DNA from: Parvularia atlantis
Taxonomy: Eukaryota
Assembly: GCA_943704415.1 (NCBI GenBank)
Contig: CALSCO010000540.1
Coordinates: 1 to 43,782 of the forward strand
Direction: 5' to 3'
Length of the DNA stretch: 43,782 nucleotides
Positions 43,645 to 43,782 of the stretch are shown here, piece by piece. The translations under genes were made by a program, and so were the position numbers. Under the pieces are notes generated by a model. It was given only the letters and a program-made list of their open reading frames with translations, searched no databases and had not been told where the DNA came from. Positions within the stretch are counted from its first letter, which is position 1; every line of letters starts with the position of its first letter.

Positions 43645-43782
43645 TCACAGCGGCACGGCCTGCCGGTTGACGAGCTCGTAGTATCGCCCCTGTAGCTGCA
43701 GCAGGTCCTGGTGCGTGCCCTGCTCGACGATCTGGCCCTGGTCGACGACGCAGATCACGTCGGCGTCCTGTTGTGCGCGCGC
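43645..43782 (-). CDS. Last exon of an ABCB-type ABC transporter (gene continues beyond the window)
   Basis: Exon 43767-43645 reads DADVICVVDQGQIVEQGTHQDLLQLQGRYYELVNRQAVPL*, a typical ABCB nucleotide-binding-domain C-terminus. It is absent from the ORF track. Confidence 0.85.
   Translation of the reverse strand, partial: ARAQQDADVICVVDQGQIVEQGTHQDLLQLQGRYYELVNRQAVPL

Noticed and set aside
1..43782. Prokaryotic operon, CRISPR array or defence island interpretation
   Set aside because: Spliceosomal introns and eukaryote-specific genes occur throughout; no repeat-spacer arrays were seen and the repeats are simple microsatellites.

Overview
GC-rich, very compact eukaryotic (protist-like) genomic DNA. 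Most genes are split by many ~45-70 nt spliceosomal introns (GTGCG...CTGAC/CTCAC...CAG), so the six-frame ORF track mostly shows exon fragments and antisense shadows. Manual splicing gives about 17 genes, in order: 3' part of a polycystin-1-like EGF/REJ/GPS membrane protein; EPG5; EEFSEC; an MTFR1-like protein; a double-GNAT acetyltransferase; a 1950-aa INTRONLESS protein combining NYN (PIN-fold) RNase, RRM/KH-like repeats, an RGG box, a macrodomain, WWE and a PARP/ART catalytic domain; an orphan gene; AMSH/STAMBP; a YqcI/YcgG-like protein; an orphan gene; a CRC-domain LIN54/TSO1-like protein; two tandem intronless bacterial-like GNATs; CARNMT1; a tiny INIP/SOSS-C gene; LETM1; and the 3' end of an ABCB transporter. 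The best candidate for a new system is the NYN-KH-RGG-macro-WWE-PARP fusion, a possible single-chain RNA-sensing, ADP-ribosylation and RNA-decay (antiviral) effector. Also notable are frequent GC-AG introns and intergenic gaps as short as about 25-35 bp. All family calls come from motif recognition by eye; no searches were run.
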